A stretch of DNA of 64,000 nucleotides. Source: Takakia lepidozioides (lineage: Eukaryota > Plantae > Bryophyta). Position 1 is the stretch's first letter; each line of letters starts with the position of its first letter. Positions 21,735-34,842 of the stretch are shown here, one piece after another. The stretch lies in the NCBI GenBank assembly GCA_030704615.1, contig CM060734.1, forward strand, positions 23,126,001 through 23,190,000. The letters are read 5' to 3'. The notes under the pieces are model-generated. The model saw only the letters and a list, made by a program, of their open reading frames with translations, was not told the origin of the DNA and did no database searches. Position numbers and translations under genes: made by a program.

Positions 21735-24700
21735 CGTCTAGAGAAGAGAGAAATAGAGATCCGGTGACAAAACCCTGATTTAGGACCACAAGGTGTTCCC
21801 TAAAACAGTGCCCACGGATGCAAACTTGGGCAGCTGGGCAGCGAGATTCTGCAGCCCGGCATCCAAAAAAGCTGCTTTGAATGACTTCTAAAATTCATAA
21901 CAAATCTCGTTTTGATCTGCTGGCCGCCTATCAGTGATAGTTCTTGCCTGTCAAACTTGGAACAAAATGTCACTTGCAAGTTAAAAGCTGTTACAGAAAC
22001 CTGTCTCCAAGGTTATGAGAGAATTTGTCAGAGATTTCTAACAAAATCCTCATCCGACAATTGATATCAGCAGACTCCGTATTGGTTAGCATCCGCAAAG
22101 GTGTACAAGGGGAGGATTTCCTAGCAGTAGAACTAACTGCTGAGCCAGTAAAGGGGTCACAATGACAGTCATTCCATCCATAATGGAGATACTGTCATAC
22201 TAATGTCTCATGTTGATCCTTTAATGTACGCTGGACAGGATGGGAAGGACGTTAGTCTATCGAGCAGCACTCCGGGGGCGCGCATGGTGTGCGTGCAGAC
22301 TTTGGACACCACCTGACAAGGCAGGTGCTGGCGAGCTGGAGTCATACGAAAAGTAGGGGGTGTCATCATCAAATTCGCTTAAAGCAAGCTCCACATCAGC
22401 CTCCGCACGGACGCGCTCACTTGAGTTCTCCTAATCATAGGTTGTGCGCTCAGGCATATCCAGTTCCAATCTCAAAATATTGTCCACTCTGCACCCATAG
22501 CCAAGTAACTCCTTGATTAGTTCATCCAAATAGAAGTAGGATCAGTGTGCCAGTCCCAGGAACAAACTTGCATCTAATGAAACATCAATGTCCTCAACCA
22601 TGTTTCCAACTGACCGCACCTGGATTCGCTTGCAGCTCGGATATACATTGATTGTGATACATGATCTCCACAAAAGTGAAGGGGAAAGCCAAAGACGTCA
22701 ATAAATCCTAATATCCTTTCCCAATTTGAGAAGGTGCCTTCAAGAGTTCAGATGGATGATAAAGCCTTTATTTCTTAGAACGACATAACATTGAAGATGG
22801 TTGTAAACTTTATGGGGTTACAGGGGGTTTTATTTTTTCCACCGTGCAATAAAAATGTCCCCCTCTTTCAGGAAGAGGAAAAAGATGGATATAGGCCTCA
22901 GAACTATACATGACCACTCCATGTTCTCCAGACAGACGGCACTGCTGAGGTATCAGATATTTTCATCTAGAACCTGATAGCAACTATCTCATCATCTTTT
23001 CTCCCGGACATATGTGGAACTAGTGACAGGCATTACTTTTCTGATGATAACTACAACATTCCAGAAATAAGACCCCGTCTGGACCCCTACAAGGCAAGCA
23101 TGCATGAAGCAAAGACAATAAGCTGAGGACTTGAGAAAGGAACAAGAAGTGGTTGACAACAACTCCAACAGATTACTCCACCATACCTTCCACTTGGAAC
23201 TTCCATAGCTGTAAAATTAAAATTTCTGACATGAATTACTCTTCCAGAGCTATTTAAGTGACTGTTGTGGGTGATGCAAGCCTCGAGGCACTCCTTCTAT
23301 TGGAGTTGTTGCTCACGCAGGGCCAGCTCTAGCTCCTTCTGTTTGGCTGTCTCCAGCAGTTCAAGTTGTTGTTCGAGCCATGAACCAGCTTCTCCTCCAA
23401 ACCTCGCAGCTTGGCTGCCAGCACATCCCGGTCCTTCTTTTCTTTTGCTAGAGCCTCGGCACAGTGGCTCTCTGTATTTAGAAGCATAGTGGCAGGAAGG
23501 TCAAATTCTAGGAGAAAATTCGACAGCAAATCTATAATGGTAAGAGAAGGAAAAGTATTAGGAAAGCAAGGGACTCACTTGGTAGTGGGACTGCAGCTCC
23601 ATATGCTGCTGGAGAAGCTGCTCCGCTATTCTTTGCTTCTCTTCTTCTGACCTATCTTTCTCTGCCTTCAATGCCTCCATGTCTAACTGCGCCTACAATG
23701 TGCATTACCCACAACTGTTGTCCTGCACTGGTATTTCTGTGTGTAGTAGCAAAGGGTAGACAATTTGATTGAAGTCAAACAAAGGAGGACGAGTAGATGG
23801 AAGCAATCTGCAATGGGAATCCAATAGCCCTAGGTCCTACATGATACCAAAATCCAAATCCAAATATTTTGGGCAGATACTCTGGCTTTGATGATACCAG
23901 GAATAAACTGCTAAGGACTTCAAACCTGAAGGATGAACAAAAGGATGAACAAAGACAATAGTTTCTCTTTTCCAATCCGATGGTCTTATGACCGAGGGGA
24001 AAAAAACGGTGACTCTTTTGCATCTCAGGCAAATTGCATTCTGGACAGATCCTATCCTCGCCAGGAAACATCAGCTTCCCGGATAACTCTGCAAAGTTCT
24101 CCACATCCCTCCTGATGGCTTTAAGCATTTGAGTCGCTTTGCGTTGAGATGGGGACATGGAAAAGCACACCTCGTGAGGTTAGGATCTGACAGTATGTAC
24201 CACCTGATGTGAAGACAAAACATCAATTTTTTTTCCTAGTGCACCACATACTAGGAGATCAGGTCAAGTACCATTGTCTCCTTGAAGATTGCTCTTCCTT
24301 AACAGAGGCGTTCATCTATCAGGACACAAAATGCTTATAGCTTGTCTCCTGTGGGCATGCCATGTTCAGTTGAGGGTGCGTGGATCACCACTCCAAATGT
24401 ATGGAGTGTGATCTCCTAACTCACACAGGAGAAAACAGCCGCCTTTCATGCTCAAGAAGTAGGTGTCTAGCAAGTCTTCCTGGCAGAACAAGGTGGCTGC
24501 CTCGACAGAAATACCATCCTCCACAGTATCTACTCCTGCTATCCTGATAGCTTAGCCTTGAAAGTCCCATTTCTCCTTCTCCAGTATGGCTGTCACTATC
24601 TCTGAAGTAAAGCTTGTTTTGGTTGTTCCACCGCTAGTTCCCGTTGACTATGTCAGTCAACTTGAGGTTGACACCTGCATGTGCTCATTGAGTTCCTTCT

Positions 24701-25796
24701 TGAGGGCCTCAACATTCTGTTGGAACTCTCCTTGTGGAATTGGGGTGTCGTACATGGTCAGCCTGTCCTCTTGTTGCCAACCTTCCTAAGACCTGACTAC
24801 TACTTGTATAAGGGCACTCCACCCTCTTCCTTTCTCTCTTCCACAATGGAAAGTGTGAAAGAAGACGCCCAAACTAGGTGGCCACCCTGCAGACAAGGTG
24901 CATTGGCATGCAATGTACCTTGCGTTCAAGGTCCGCCTTGATGCATGCCATGGCTTGCTCACTCATTGACTTGTGCATTGAAACTTCATGCTCCATGTCT
25001 TGCCGCATCTGGGCCTTCAGTTGTTGCATCTCCACGGCACGTTCCTCTTTGTTCTTGATGCTCTTGGCACGATTTGCATACCTCAAGGTGCTTATACTCT
25101 CATCGTAATTGTAGTCAGCCGGTCCTGCATTTTTAGGTGAGCTAATCGATTTGGACCACAATTGGCTCCTTGTTGACAAACCACAGTGAGGGTATCTGCC
25201 ATCTCAACAGATGAAGAAAGTTGTGTAGCTCATTTACTTCTTCTTACCTCCAAACATTGCGTAGCTAGCACAACGTGGGCACCTCTTGAATGGACACCTA
25301 GCTGTAACTTCCTGACGCAAAACCACAAATCTACAGATACGGCAACAATCCACCACTAAAGATGACTTGCTCGCTAATTTTAGTGAGGACTGCTTCATTC
25401 CGTTACACAAACATATAAGGTGAGTCAGTGACACACGGTCAATTTGACCACAACATGATAGCAAGAAGAGAGCAAGAAAGGCACCTTAAGCTCAAGCTTG
25501 CGAACCCGGGCTTGTGTTACTCGCAAAGTTGGCCGATGGCCAATGCTTGCAATATGTAGAATCACCTTCCAAATATAATCTTAAATTATTACTGTGACTT
25601 GATACAATCCACACCCGAAGCTTGCAAAATCCATGTAGCCAAAAGCATCATTGAAAGGTTTCTACATCACTAATCAACAGAATCTATGCTTCATGTATCC
25701 TGTTAATCTATTGATAGATGCCAAATTGTTTGCTCCAAGTTCTCCGTAGTTTGTTCCGCGTTCTCTCTCCTCTCCTGCAGAAGGGTGTGTTACAGT

Positions 25797-26065
25797 CTGG
25801 AAAAGGTGGCGGGATGATAATTAAATGGTAGCACTTTTGAAAAGGGTGCTCGGTAGTACTCATAACAACAAACGGCTGATGCCGATACTAGATCTCCCTC
25901 CCACTTATAAGGCCCTTGAACAATCTGTATATATGATTGCGAAAAGGTGGCGGGTGATAAATTGTTAGCATTTTTGAAATTGATGCTCGGTAGTACTAGT
26001 AATACTTCATAAGAACACGGATGCCGATAGCACCTAGATATCCTTCCTACTGGCCCTTGAACAAG
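25797..26065. repeat. Diverged tandem duplication, about 140 bp unit
   Basis: GAAAAGGTGGCGGG..TGATAA..TGCTCGGTAGTACT..GATGCCGATA..GGCCCTTGAACAA occurs at about 25800 and 25941. Confidence 0.8.
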
Positions 26066-27157
26066 ACGGCTCGGATGCTGGTACATATGTACAGTTGTTA
26101 GGTACCTGCTCCTCACGCAGACAGTATCTTGTCCTTGACAATCATAACTGCGAACCCTTGCATATGTCTAGGAGAGGACATACGTTTTGGTTTATGGAAA
26201 TAGTGTTACGTGACAGTCCTTGTGAGGGGAGGATTGCAGCACTTACACAGTTTCGCCAAGTGTATAGTATACATGCTGTATCGTCTCTGGTATTCCAATA
26301 CAGTTAGTACAGAAATAACTTGTAACCATACCATAGTCGTGTATTCGTACAGACGTATAGACTACGATTAGAAAATTATTAATTTTTAAACGCGAAATAT
26401 TGTGAATATTTCTTACACAAGTCCCTTAAAGAAAAAATGCGAGAAACTTATATATAAGTGTACCAGTTTAGGAAACTGGTTTAATGGAAAGTATCCTCCA
26501 ATTTTGATGATTAAAAAACCACAAAACAACTGATTCCATTACATGGCGCGCAAGAGATTTGAACGTCGGATCTAAATGATTCAGAACGCTTCAAACAGCC
26601 ATCAAACCCGTCGGCACCGTATGTACAACCATGTTAACATTTATAGTTATAAATCGGTTTCTAAAAAATCTCGCCCATGCAAAATGAAATGGGCACTGTC
26701 ATGAACACATGGTATGATGCCATTGATGCAGAGCACATCTGTGCATGCATCTGTTGCTGCCACATGTCTGAACACCATGCCCATCTACATACACTACATG
26801 TGCACACATGCATGCCATCGCTGCCGGAGATGCATGCCGGACATGTCCCGGTGACGTTGCCGACAGAATCTGCTGGAAAACCTCAAATTTTGGCGACCGG
26901 CAATATCAACCGTTATCGGTGGAAATCACTGGCAGATAGAAACAAGGGGTGGAAAATAAATTTTAAAATGCTGTGAAATGCAGAAAGTGCAAACCGTCCA
27001 CAAGCCTGCCATTTTGACGATTTCAATGTGTTAACACGTGAGAACTTGTTCTCACTTGCGCAATTCATGTCAGAGGTGCAGAATGGATGACAATGGCAAG
27101 GGTGCAAAGAGGACGCCATAATATACATATAAAATTATGTTTTTGGAAGCAAACTTA

Positions 27158-27842
27158 CCGTAGTGGGAAGGCTGATCAGGCACTGAATAATTAGAAATGA
27201 ATCTGCCTAATAATTAAGTGAAAATTTAGGAAAAACTGCCGAAATTCCAGAAACTTTAAAAAAAATGCCTAAAATCTCAAACAAACTCCAAATATCAAAT
27301 CTCCAAATCCATGTTTCAAGGCATAAAGCTCTAGGAAAATATTTCCTTAGTTCTGAGAAATCCTAGAATAATTGGCTGAACAATCACTGCATTTGATGAT
27401 TGACCAGATGTTCTCATGGCTCTTAACAACCCACATAATTTTTATTTTTTTTTTGAAAAAAGGGAAATGACACCTGGGAGCGCCAGCTCACAAATTTGGC
27501 CCCTTAGTAAGTGAGAGGAGAAAATAACCTCTTTCATTTATGCGCCATGGATGCGAATGAGGGACACCGCCCAGGAACCATATACCATCGGTAGCAAGAT
27601 TTGACCCCAGAATCATCTGGGTGGCACTCAGTGCACTTAACCATCTAAGCTACTGACTGTTGGTACATAATGGTACAGTAGATAGAGCAAGTTCATGCAG
27701 GGAGTCACCGCCGAATTACTTAAAATCTCATCATGGCATTGCCGTAAAATCTAGAAATTTCCTTAAGTTGTGCCGGAGTGTTTTGTTGTAAAGAAAATAA
27801 ATATTCGGCACTTCAGTGCGGGATCAGCCTTCCCAACTACGG
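27158..27842. mobile_element. Non-autonomous Tc1/mariner-type element (MITE)
   Basis: About 31 bp TIRs, CCGTAGT(T)GGGAAGGCTGATC..GCACTGAA, at both ends, flanked by TA (27156-27157, 27843-27844). Confidence 0.88.
27440..27664 (-). mobile_element. tRNA-derived SINE nested in the MITE
   Basis: Minus strand: TAGCTTAGATGG (A box), GGGTCAAATC (degenerate B box), oligo-A tail, ACATAAT TSD (27433-27439, 27665-27671). Homologous to the SINE at 28146. Confidence 0.75.
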
Positions 27843-28145
27843 TATTCTGCAAACTTGACCACTGGCAGATTTTATTTTGTATAATTTTGCTTCTGATGAG
27901 ATAGGGGTGACCGGCGAAAGCCAATAACATGGTAGGTTCAGTTCAGTTAGTAGCTGGTGGAGAGAGAAGAGATGACGCCGGCTGAAGGCAGCCTAAATGA
28001 GAGCCTCTTCCCCTTGCGGATAGCCAATGCATATTCAATTTCTTCCATTTGGACGGACTTTACCAGACAGAGATTTCCAGATACCCCCGCAATCCCAACT
28101 CAGTGACAGGATGAATTTAATAATAAGAATATAATTGGGTTGTTC

Positions 28146-28386
28146 CTTTTTTTTCGTTTTTTTTGAAAAAGGAAACCTGGGAGCGACTGCTCACAATTCA
28201 GGCCCTTGAGGAGGGGGGGAAAATTAACCCCCTTTCAGATAAGCCATTAGGCACACAGGTGGGAAACGTCACCACCAGACCAACCGGTCACGAACTATAC
28301 ACACACCAGGCAGGGCAGCGGGTTTGAACCCCGAACCACCAGGGCAACACGCTGTGCACTTACCAGCTGAGCTACCAGCTGCTGTG
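28146..28386 (-). mobile_element. tRNA-derived SINE
   Basis: Minus strand GGTAGCTCAGCTGGTAAG (A box) and GGTTCAAACCC (B box), followed by a non-tRNA body and A-rich tail. Confidence 0.85.
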
Positions 28387-28431
28387 CAAATTAATCTAAT
28401 TACAATTAAATTTCTTTCCCTGCTTAATTTA

Positions 28432-29267
28432 GGCGAAATTCAGGGCTCCCTAACTCCTTTTTATTTTTTTTTTTTTTGTTAAGATACAAATAAAATATTT
28501 TCCCCCTCACGGCCCAGTTGCTGGGGGCAGATGTTTCCTTGGGAACAAAAAAAAAGGAAAAAAAAACATAAAGAGAGAAATAGAAAATACGGTGAGTGTT
28601 GACAGGCAAGGTAATAAGCAGTGGACACGTGGAAATCATAGCCCTCCGGTGTAGTTGGGTGGGTGGAATCATAATCTGACCGGCTGCAGGTGGTCAGAAG
28701 GTTCCGCGACCGGTGGAGCAGGTCGAGGAAGTTCGCGACCGGCTAGCTTAATGCGACGGTTATTGTGATGTTCTGTACTTTGTTTCCCGTATACACAGCG
28801 TACTGCCACCCATCTATGCCCCATACATCATCATACCATCCATCCCCACTCATGACTCCAGTACCCTTCCATCTCTTCCATGATGTCCATAGTTCGTAGC
28901 CATCCATCCTATGTGCATCATGCATGCTTCATGGATGCCGTCCTGTCCTTTCTGTGGTGGATCCGGTGGGGGTCGCGGCTCGCCCTTCTCACAAAGGTTA
29001 TTAATTAAGAATTAAATATATGAAATTAATGTTTGCGAAAATTAAGATTAGAATTAAATAAGAATGTGAATGAGCCTGATTAACAGGGATAAAGAAAATA
29101 AGGCAAAAAGGCTACTGCCTGTTCTCTCTGGGTTCGTCCCTCACCCGTAGGTGTGTAATCATGGCATCTTTGGGGTTTTAGTTTTTTCCCCTTATCAGTA
29201 AAATTTAACGGCCTGGGCCTTTGTTAAAAAAACAAAAAGGGAGAATAAGGGCAGACTGAAAAATCCA
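28432..29267. mobile_element. Possible non-autonomous MULE-like element with degenerate TIRs
   Basis: Left GCGAAATTCAGGGCTCCCTAACTCCTTTTT loosely matches the reverse complement of the right end, GGATTTTTCAGTCTGCCCTTATTCTCCCTTTTT. Confidence 0.3.
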
Positions 29268-29269
29268 GG

Positions 29270-29562
29270 AAAGATGGTCATAAAGCATTTTGCTCAAAAA
29301 TTTCCTCTTCCCTTGCCCGGATTACGGCCGAGGGAATCCAGAATTGCCTGGGCAGAGCGACATATGCGACAGGAAGATCTAATCAGTGGAGTCACTATAG
29401 CTACAAAGGGAATTTTTGAGCAGTGTTGTACGGTTCTACATACACGGTGCGTCCTTCCCTTGTGGATTCTGCTCGTCCAAGGTTTCATGACCTGGTTTTC
29501 GGCACTGAATTGTGAGCTACCTCTCTCAGCATTTCCTGTTTCCCCTAAAAAGAAGAAAGAAA
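29270..29562 (+). mobile_element. Probable 3' end of a LINE sharing its tail with the SINEs
   Basis: GGCACTGAATTGTGAGCTACCTCTCTCAGCATTTCC plus an A-rich tail matches the SINE 3' ends; no A/B boxes seen upstream. Confidence 0.45.
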
Positions 29563-30109
29563 TTTTTTATCAATTCAATTCAGGGCTTCCATCCTCTGAA
29601 GACACTTGTTCCACTCCTTGTTTTGTTCGGCTTTAAAGGATGAGGATGTTACTGTTGGGATGAAGACGAAACGGTAGTTGGTACACATGTAGTTATTTAA
29701 AACTCTTGTCTCTTGTGAACATCTAGTTCAAGGTTAGCACAAGTGGTTGCCCACTTGTCATGGCACCTGGAGAAAATTTGGGGCACCAATGTTGTACCAC
29801 CCCTTTAGCACCTCTTAGAGCATCTTCACCCTCACGCGGAATACCTCCCGCCAACGCCAAAGGGCCATTTTCAGTGCCGTTTTGGACACAAACGGCACCC
29901 CACCTTTTGCACGGAACTTTAAATCCCGTAATGTACAGGCACGGAAAATGGTTCCGCACAGAGAATAATCGTACTTCTTTCAGTGCACTGAACAAGCAAC
30001 AGAATAGGCCTCATCGTCAGGATGACGACCTTGGAGCGCTCTCGCAGCTTCCCGCCACCTGCATTCCATTCCCGCGGAAGTCACTTCCAAAAATTTCCAA
30101 CCGACGTGC

Positions 30110-30837
30110 AAAAAAGTATAGGGTGCAATTTATTCAGAAAAGATAAAAATTAGAAAATATTTAAAAGTAATAAAGGGTACATTATATTGTGATCAGGGAA
30201 TTTAAATTATTATAGGGTCTAAAATAATGATTCATTTTTTAAATTAAAATTATTATAGGATTGAGATAATACCTATGAAAAATTCCAAAAATATATACGT
30301 GTTCTTAGGGGAAGGATATAGATATTTGTATGTAGCTTACTAGTAAAATGGTGGCTAGGTGAGATTCAAAAAATGAGAAGGAAGGCAGGGAGCAGGTGGG
30401 GGATATCCCGATAGCCTATTGATCTCCTAAATAGACCAACCACACCAGTTATGGTGTTACTAAACTACTTCTCAAAATTTAGAGGACAATTTAAATTCAA
30501 ATATGATCATACCGACAACAAGTGAGTAGATGTAGACTCCATTATTAGTTCAGTCACTATGACCTTCGATAGAGCACAAAACGTTTATACTTTGAATGTT
30601 GATGATGCGAATGCTTTAACTGAATTTATTTCAACCAAATAATAAATTCATTTGTCTTTTTTTAAAAAAAACTTTTATTGTATTATTAATATAGGGTGTC
30701 TAATATTTGTTTGAAACAAAAATTATAATTAAAATAGCATGTCAAAAATTCACCATATTACAAAATTATGTAATTATAGGGTACTAAAAAATACCCAAAG
30801 TAAAAGTAATACCCCCTACAAAATACCCATTTATCTC
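30110..30837. mobile_element. AT-rich segment inside Harbinger, possibly a secondary insertion
   Basis: Abrupt AT enrichment, repeated ATAGGGT/ATACCC motifs, ACGTGC on both flanks (30104-30109, 30838-30843). Confidence 0.35.
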
Positions 30838-30859
30838 ACGTGCCCTAGACAAGTGATAG

Positions 30860-31470
30860 GGAGTGACTTCCCCGGGGTTCCATTGGCTCAACCTGCTCCT
30901 ACCAAACGCTCGAAGGGGAAGAATTTAGTAGTGGAAGAGGAGCGGCAACTATGTAGATCGTTTCTGGCTGTGTCACAAGACCCGATTACTGGCAACGGCC
31001 AAAAATCCGAAGCATTTTGGAAGAGGGTTGGTTTCCATTTCAACTACAAGCGCCCTGATGGTTTGCCTGAGCGGCCATATCGAAGCCTGGAATCAAAGTG
31101 GCAAACGATCCGCCACGACGTAAGCAAATGGTAGGAGTGTATGGGCAGGTAGTGGCATTGAGAGAGAATGGCACTTCAGAGGACAACCAAATGTAGAAGG
31201 CGTTGAAACTCTATGTGGACAAACACCCTAAAACCAATCGTTGTGTTTCTTCACTATTGAGAGATCTTAAGGCAAGTGTCGCGTTGGGCAGAGCTGCGCC
31301 TTGACGATTGCAAGAAGACTCCAAAAATGAAAAGAAAGCGGCCGCTTCCCTCAGGCGAGGTAGACGACATCCATGTGGTGGCGGACGATATAGATGCCTT
31401 GGGGAATGAACAGCCTGCAGCCGTTTCAAATAGAGGTTTTCTGAAGCGCCCTCAAATTGGCCTTCAAAAG
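30860..31470 (+). pseudogene. Harbinger Myb/SANT-like DNA-binding protein
   Basis: EEERQLCRSFLAVSQDPITGNGQKSEAFWKRV..RSLESKWQTIRHDVSKW; internal stops. Confidence 0.88.
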
Positions 31471-32584
31471 CAGTGTCTCGCTCGTCATCTATCATATTAT
31501 GAAGTATGACACATGCTAACATGATAGATTTGACAGTGTATACGTCCCACTGTCTTGAAGGGTTTGTATGATTTAAAACCTGCTCTGTAGTACACCAAAA
31601 GCTCTCTCGACGTCCTTTCTGACCGACTCCTGCATCATCGCAAAATGCGTCATCTTCTGGTCTTGAGGCTCATGAATTGCCTGCACAAAAATGGACCAAG
31701 AGGGATATATGTCATTTGTCAAGAGGTAATACCTCTTGTAGACATTGTCGTTGACAGTGAAGGTGATATTCTCAGCCTCTTCTTTGAGCAAATTTGCAAC
31801 CAACGGAGAGCGATCCAGAACGTCAATGTCATTGTTTCCGCCTGCAACCCAAAGAAGGCGTGCCAGATCCAAAGATCCTGAGAGGCAATTGCCTCCAGCA
31901 CAATGCTGCGCTTTCCATCTTTATCTTGATACTGGCCCTGCCAAGAAACAGGGCAGTTCTTCCAAACATAATGCATACAATCTAAAGAGGCAAACATATC
32001 GGGAAACCCTCGAGCAGTATTGATCCGCATTTGCCTCTGTATGTCTTGTGCAGTTGGTTGACGAAAGAATTCTTCCTCAAAACAGACACGAACTGCATGC
32101 ACAAATATCTTCATAGCCTCCATAGCAGTGGATTCGCTCAACCTGCAGTACTCATCAACAGCATCGGCAGCTACTCCATAAGCGAGTATCCTTAATGCCG
32201 CTGTGCATTTCTGGATACTCGACAAACCCAACAATCCACACCCATCTACCATCTGCTTAAAATAAGGATCATAGGCTACAACAGAGTGCATAATCTTCAA
32301 GAAAAGATCGCACCGCATCCTGAACCGACGGCGAAATGTCCTCTCATTGTACACAGGTGATTCAGAGAAGTAATCTCTCCAAATCCCATGTCCAGCGTGC
32401 CTCTCTCTATCAACATTAGCTGTTTTCCATGGTCTCAATCCACTCCTAGCTTTAACCCTGCGCAAAGAATGATCACAACTAGCAGTAGCAATAACACCCA
32501 TGATGAAATCCTCATCATTATCTCTAGCTCCCTCCTAATCTCAGCTTGAATATTTTGATTCAGTTCACGCCTCCAAGCATCCAT
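31470..32584 (-). pseudogene. Harbinger DDE transposase
   Basis: DYFSESPVY..FRRRFRM, QKCTAALRILAYG, RGFPDMFASLDCMHYVWKNCP, DLWIWHAFFG, NNDIDVLDRSP, QESVRKDVERAFGVLQSRF, ACVILHNMI; frameshifts. Confidence 0.93.
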
Positions 32585-33265
32585 TGTATGTGTACACAAA
32601 GTGAATGTGTGAGAAAATTGTGAAAAAAACGCTTGAGATTGAAGCGCTCTAGCAGCTTCTCCCTGAAGTGCTCTCGTAGCTTCCCGCCACATGCTATTCC
32701 GTTGGGGTCGTCGTCAGAGAGCTCGACGGCATATAGCATTGGCTTTTCCACGTCCGCGGTGGGTCGATGCATTGAGAGCAACGTAAAATAATATTTAGCG
32801 CATGGAATAGGTGTCCCTTATGGAGCTTTACAGTTAAGTTTTCAGTGGATAGGGTAGAGATGCTCTTAATCTATTTAAACCTAGAAGCTTGAGCTTTGGG
32901 GGTGTATTGTCTCATGTGCTCAAACTCATGTACGACTGGTGGATGAAAGAGTACTGTGCAAGTGTGGTGATGAGAGTGTCGACAGAGGGGTCACTGATGA
33001 TTCTAGACAGAGCAGAAAATCCCCATTACCTTGCATGCACGCTTTGCTGAGCTACATACCCCTGACTCATCTATCATCGTAAAGGAGGTGGAATCCCTAT
33101 AGAGACAGGAATCTTGGTGGAGATGGAGGGCAATTTTTCTGTTAAATTCGGGTGTAATATTCTGTCCAGGGTACGGGCGCCAGGAGGGATAAAATGACAC
33201 AGTACGCCGCACAATGGCGGCGCCGACAAGTGGAAGGAGGGTGATTAGTTTGAGTGAAGCATACA

Positions 33266-34146
33266 ATGGCGTCTTCTTCGTCTTCCTTGGCTGAGGAGGC
33301 ACACAAGGTATACAAAGCGACTGCGGAGTTCAACTTTGAATCAATCTTCTCGGGAGTGCTTAAATCGACATTGGATCCTGGTCTCATAGTACTGGAGTTT
33401 GGCTATCCCTTGAATGAGCCACTTAATCCGCGCCGAGTTAATTTTGGACACGCCCTCAGTGCACTGGGTGCGTGAATTTGAATTAACGGCGGCAAGAGAG
33501 GGGCTCAAGGTCGCCCAAACTAAAGCTGAGGCTAAGGAGCAAAGGAAAAAGATACGGGAAACACTGCAAGGTGCAAGAGCTGCCACAATATTGCAAAGTC
33601 TCTATGCTGCTGAGATTGCGAGAAAGTTGTCAGAGGCCAAGGAAAGGTTGTTGATCAGGGGTGAGCGCCTGAGTTGGGCTGAGCTTGGTATTCCCGCAAT
33701 TCACCATTGCGGGAGAAATCACCACGAAGCTCGGTGGCTTCATGCCACCAGAAAAACCAAGTCCTATGCGCTTATGACCGGAACTGGTTCGGGGAGGCAG
33801 CTCCTTAGTCGTAGCAAATCTCCATCCACCAACTTGGAAACGTGAGCATGACGTGGTGATACCATGGGAAGATCAGATAGCAGGACTACTTGCTGACAGG
33901 TTTCCGCACACTGAAAATGACGTTCTGATCTTCCGTGGTCCCACCTTCATATCAGAGAGAGTAGGCTTGAGTCTAGCCAAGTCAGTGGTCTCAGAGTACC
34001 TGGTACACACCTTGATAGCAGAAGATAAGATCGAATTTCGCTCAGTGGTGCGGGTGACATCCTGGCTTAAGCACAAGCAGCGTTTTGTCAGTTCATACAA
34101 CATCACTGACTGGGAGCTACAACTACAACCAGTAGTGGGAAGGTAA
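33266..34146 (+). pseudogene. ORF1 homolog, frameshifted
   Basis: MASSSS..EFNFE..LILDTPSVHWV..KEQRKKIRETLQGA..SWAELGIP..WEDQIAGLL..ERVGLS. Confidence 0.75.
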
Positions 34147-34161
34147 GATCCTCTTCTGAGT

Positions 34162-34842
34162 TTGGTAGTTGTGTGTTGCACTATGCCTATTACGACTAGG
34201 GCTTGTTATGAGCAGGATACGTGGAAGATATTAGGTGAATTGGATGAGGATGTTGTGCCTGGAGTGCCACCTGATAACGCAACTCAAGGTATGGAGCCAA
34301 TGTCCGAGGCTACGATCTCGCATGAACCTCTAGTGGAGGATGATAAGACTCCGCACGCAAGGAAACCTGGGTTGGTTAATGAGTTTGCAGGAGTTGCGGC
34401 AGAAGTGGACATACAAGGCTTGTGTGAAGCCATGAACACACTGTCTGCAAGTTGTCCAGCCCTGATACAACTCCTACTAAACAAACCAGCGGCTGAGGCA
34501 ATTCCGAAACCAGCAGCCAAGGAATCTAAACGTGTGCACAAACAAAAGTTTCATGAATTCAAGCTTGGGGATGATTTTGAGGGTTTTCTCACGTTCTTTG
34601 AGATGAGCATCAAATTCAATCGGGTCCCCAAGGATATGGTAACAAGTTCTTTTCGATTCTGCTTGAAAGGTGAAGCATGTGCATTGTTTGAAGCAAGTAT
34701 TAAGAATAAAGGAGAGCAGAGCTGGGATGTAGCACGTTCACTAGCTTTTAAATTATTTAGGGTTGAAAAACCCATCAACTATGTCATGCCCGATCGAACG
34801 TATGTGCCTGGGGAAGGAATCTACAAATATTACACAGCTTGA
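34162..34842 (+). pseudogene. Gag-like ORF, truncated
   Basis: LGDDFEGFLTFF..FRFCLKGEACALFE..SWDVARSLAFKLF..PGEGIYKYY. Confidence 0.7.

Larger units (their letters stand above)
29818..32865. mobile_element. PIF/Harbinger transposon with both termini
   Basis: TIR GAGCATCTYYACCCT at both ends, TTA TSD (29815-29817, 32866-32868), convergent transposase and Myb-like genes. Confidence 0.95.
29580..34842 (+). mobile_element. Second, diverged copy of the ORF1-Gag element, interrupted by Harbinger and truncated within Gag
   Basis: Leader motifs shared with 14580-15202; ORF1 33266-34146 (frameshifts); Gag-like ORF 34162-34842. Confidence 0.8.

Noticed and set aside
26543-26610. tRNA-like remnant on the minus strand (GTTCAAATC..CCA)
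   Set aside because: No convincing A box or cloverleaf.
28318-28380. tRNA gene
   Set aside because: A and B boxes are present but there is no proper acceptor or anticodon stem, and a body and A tail follow, so it is a SINE head.
29507-29517. GAATTGTGAGC resembling the lac operator (vector contamination)
   Set aside because: Half-site only, and part of the SINE/LINE tail seen several times.
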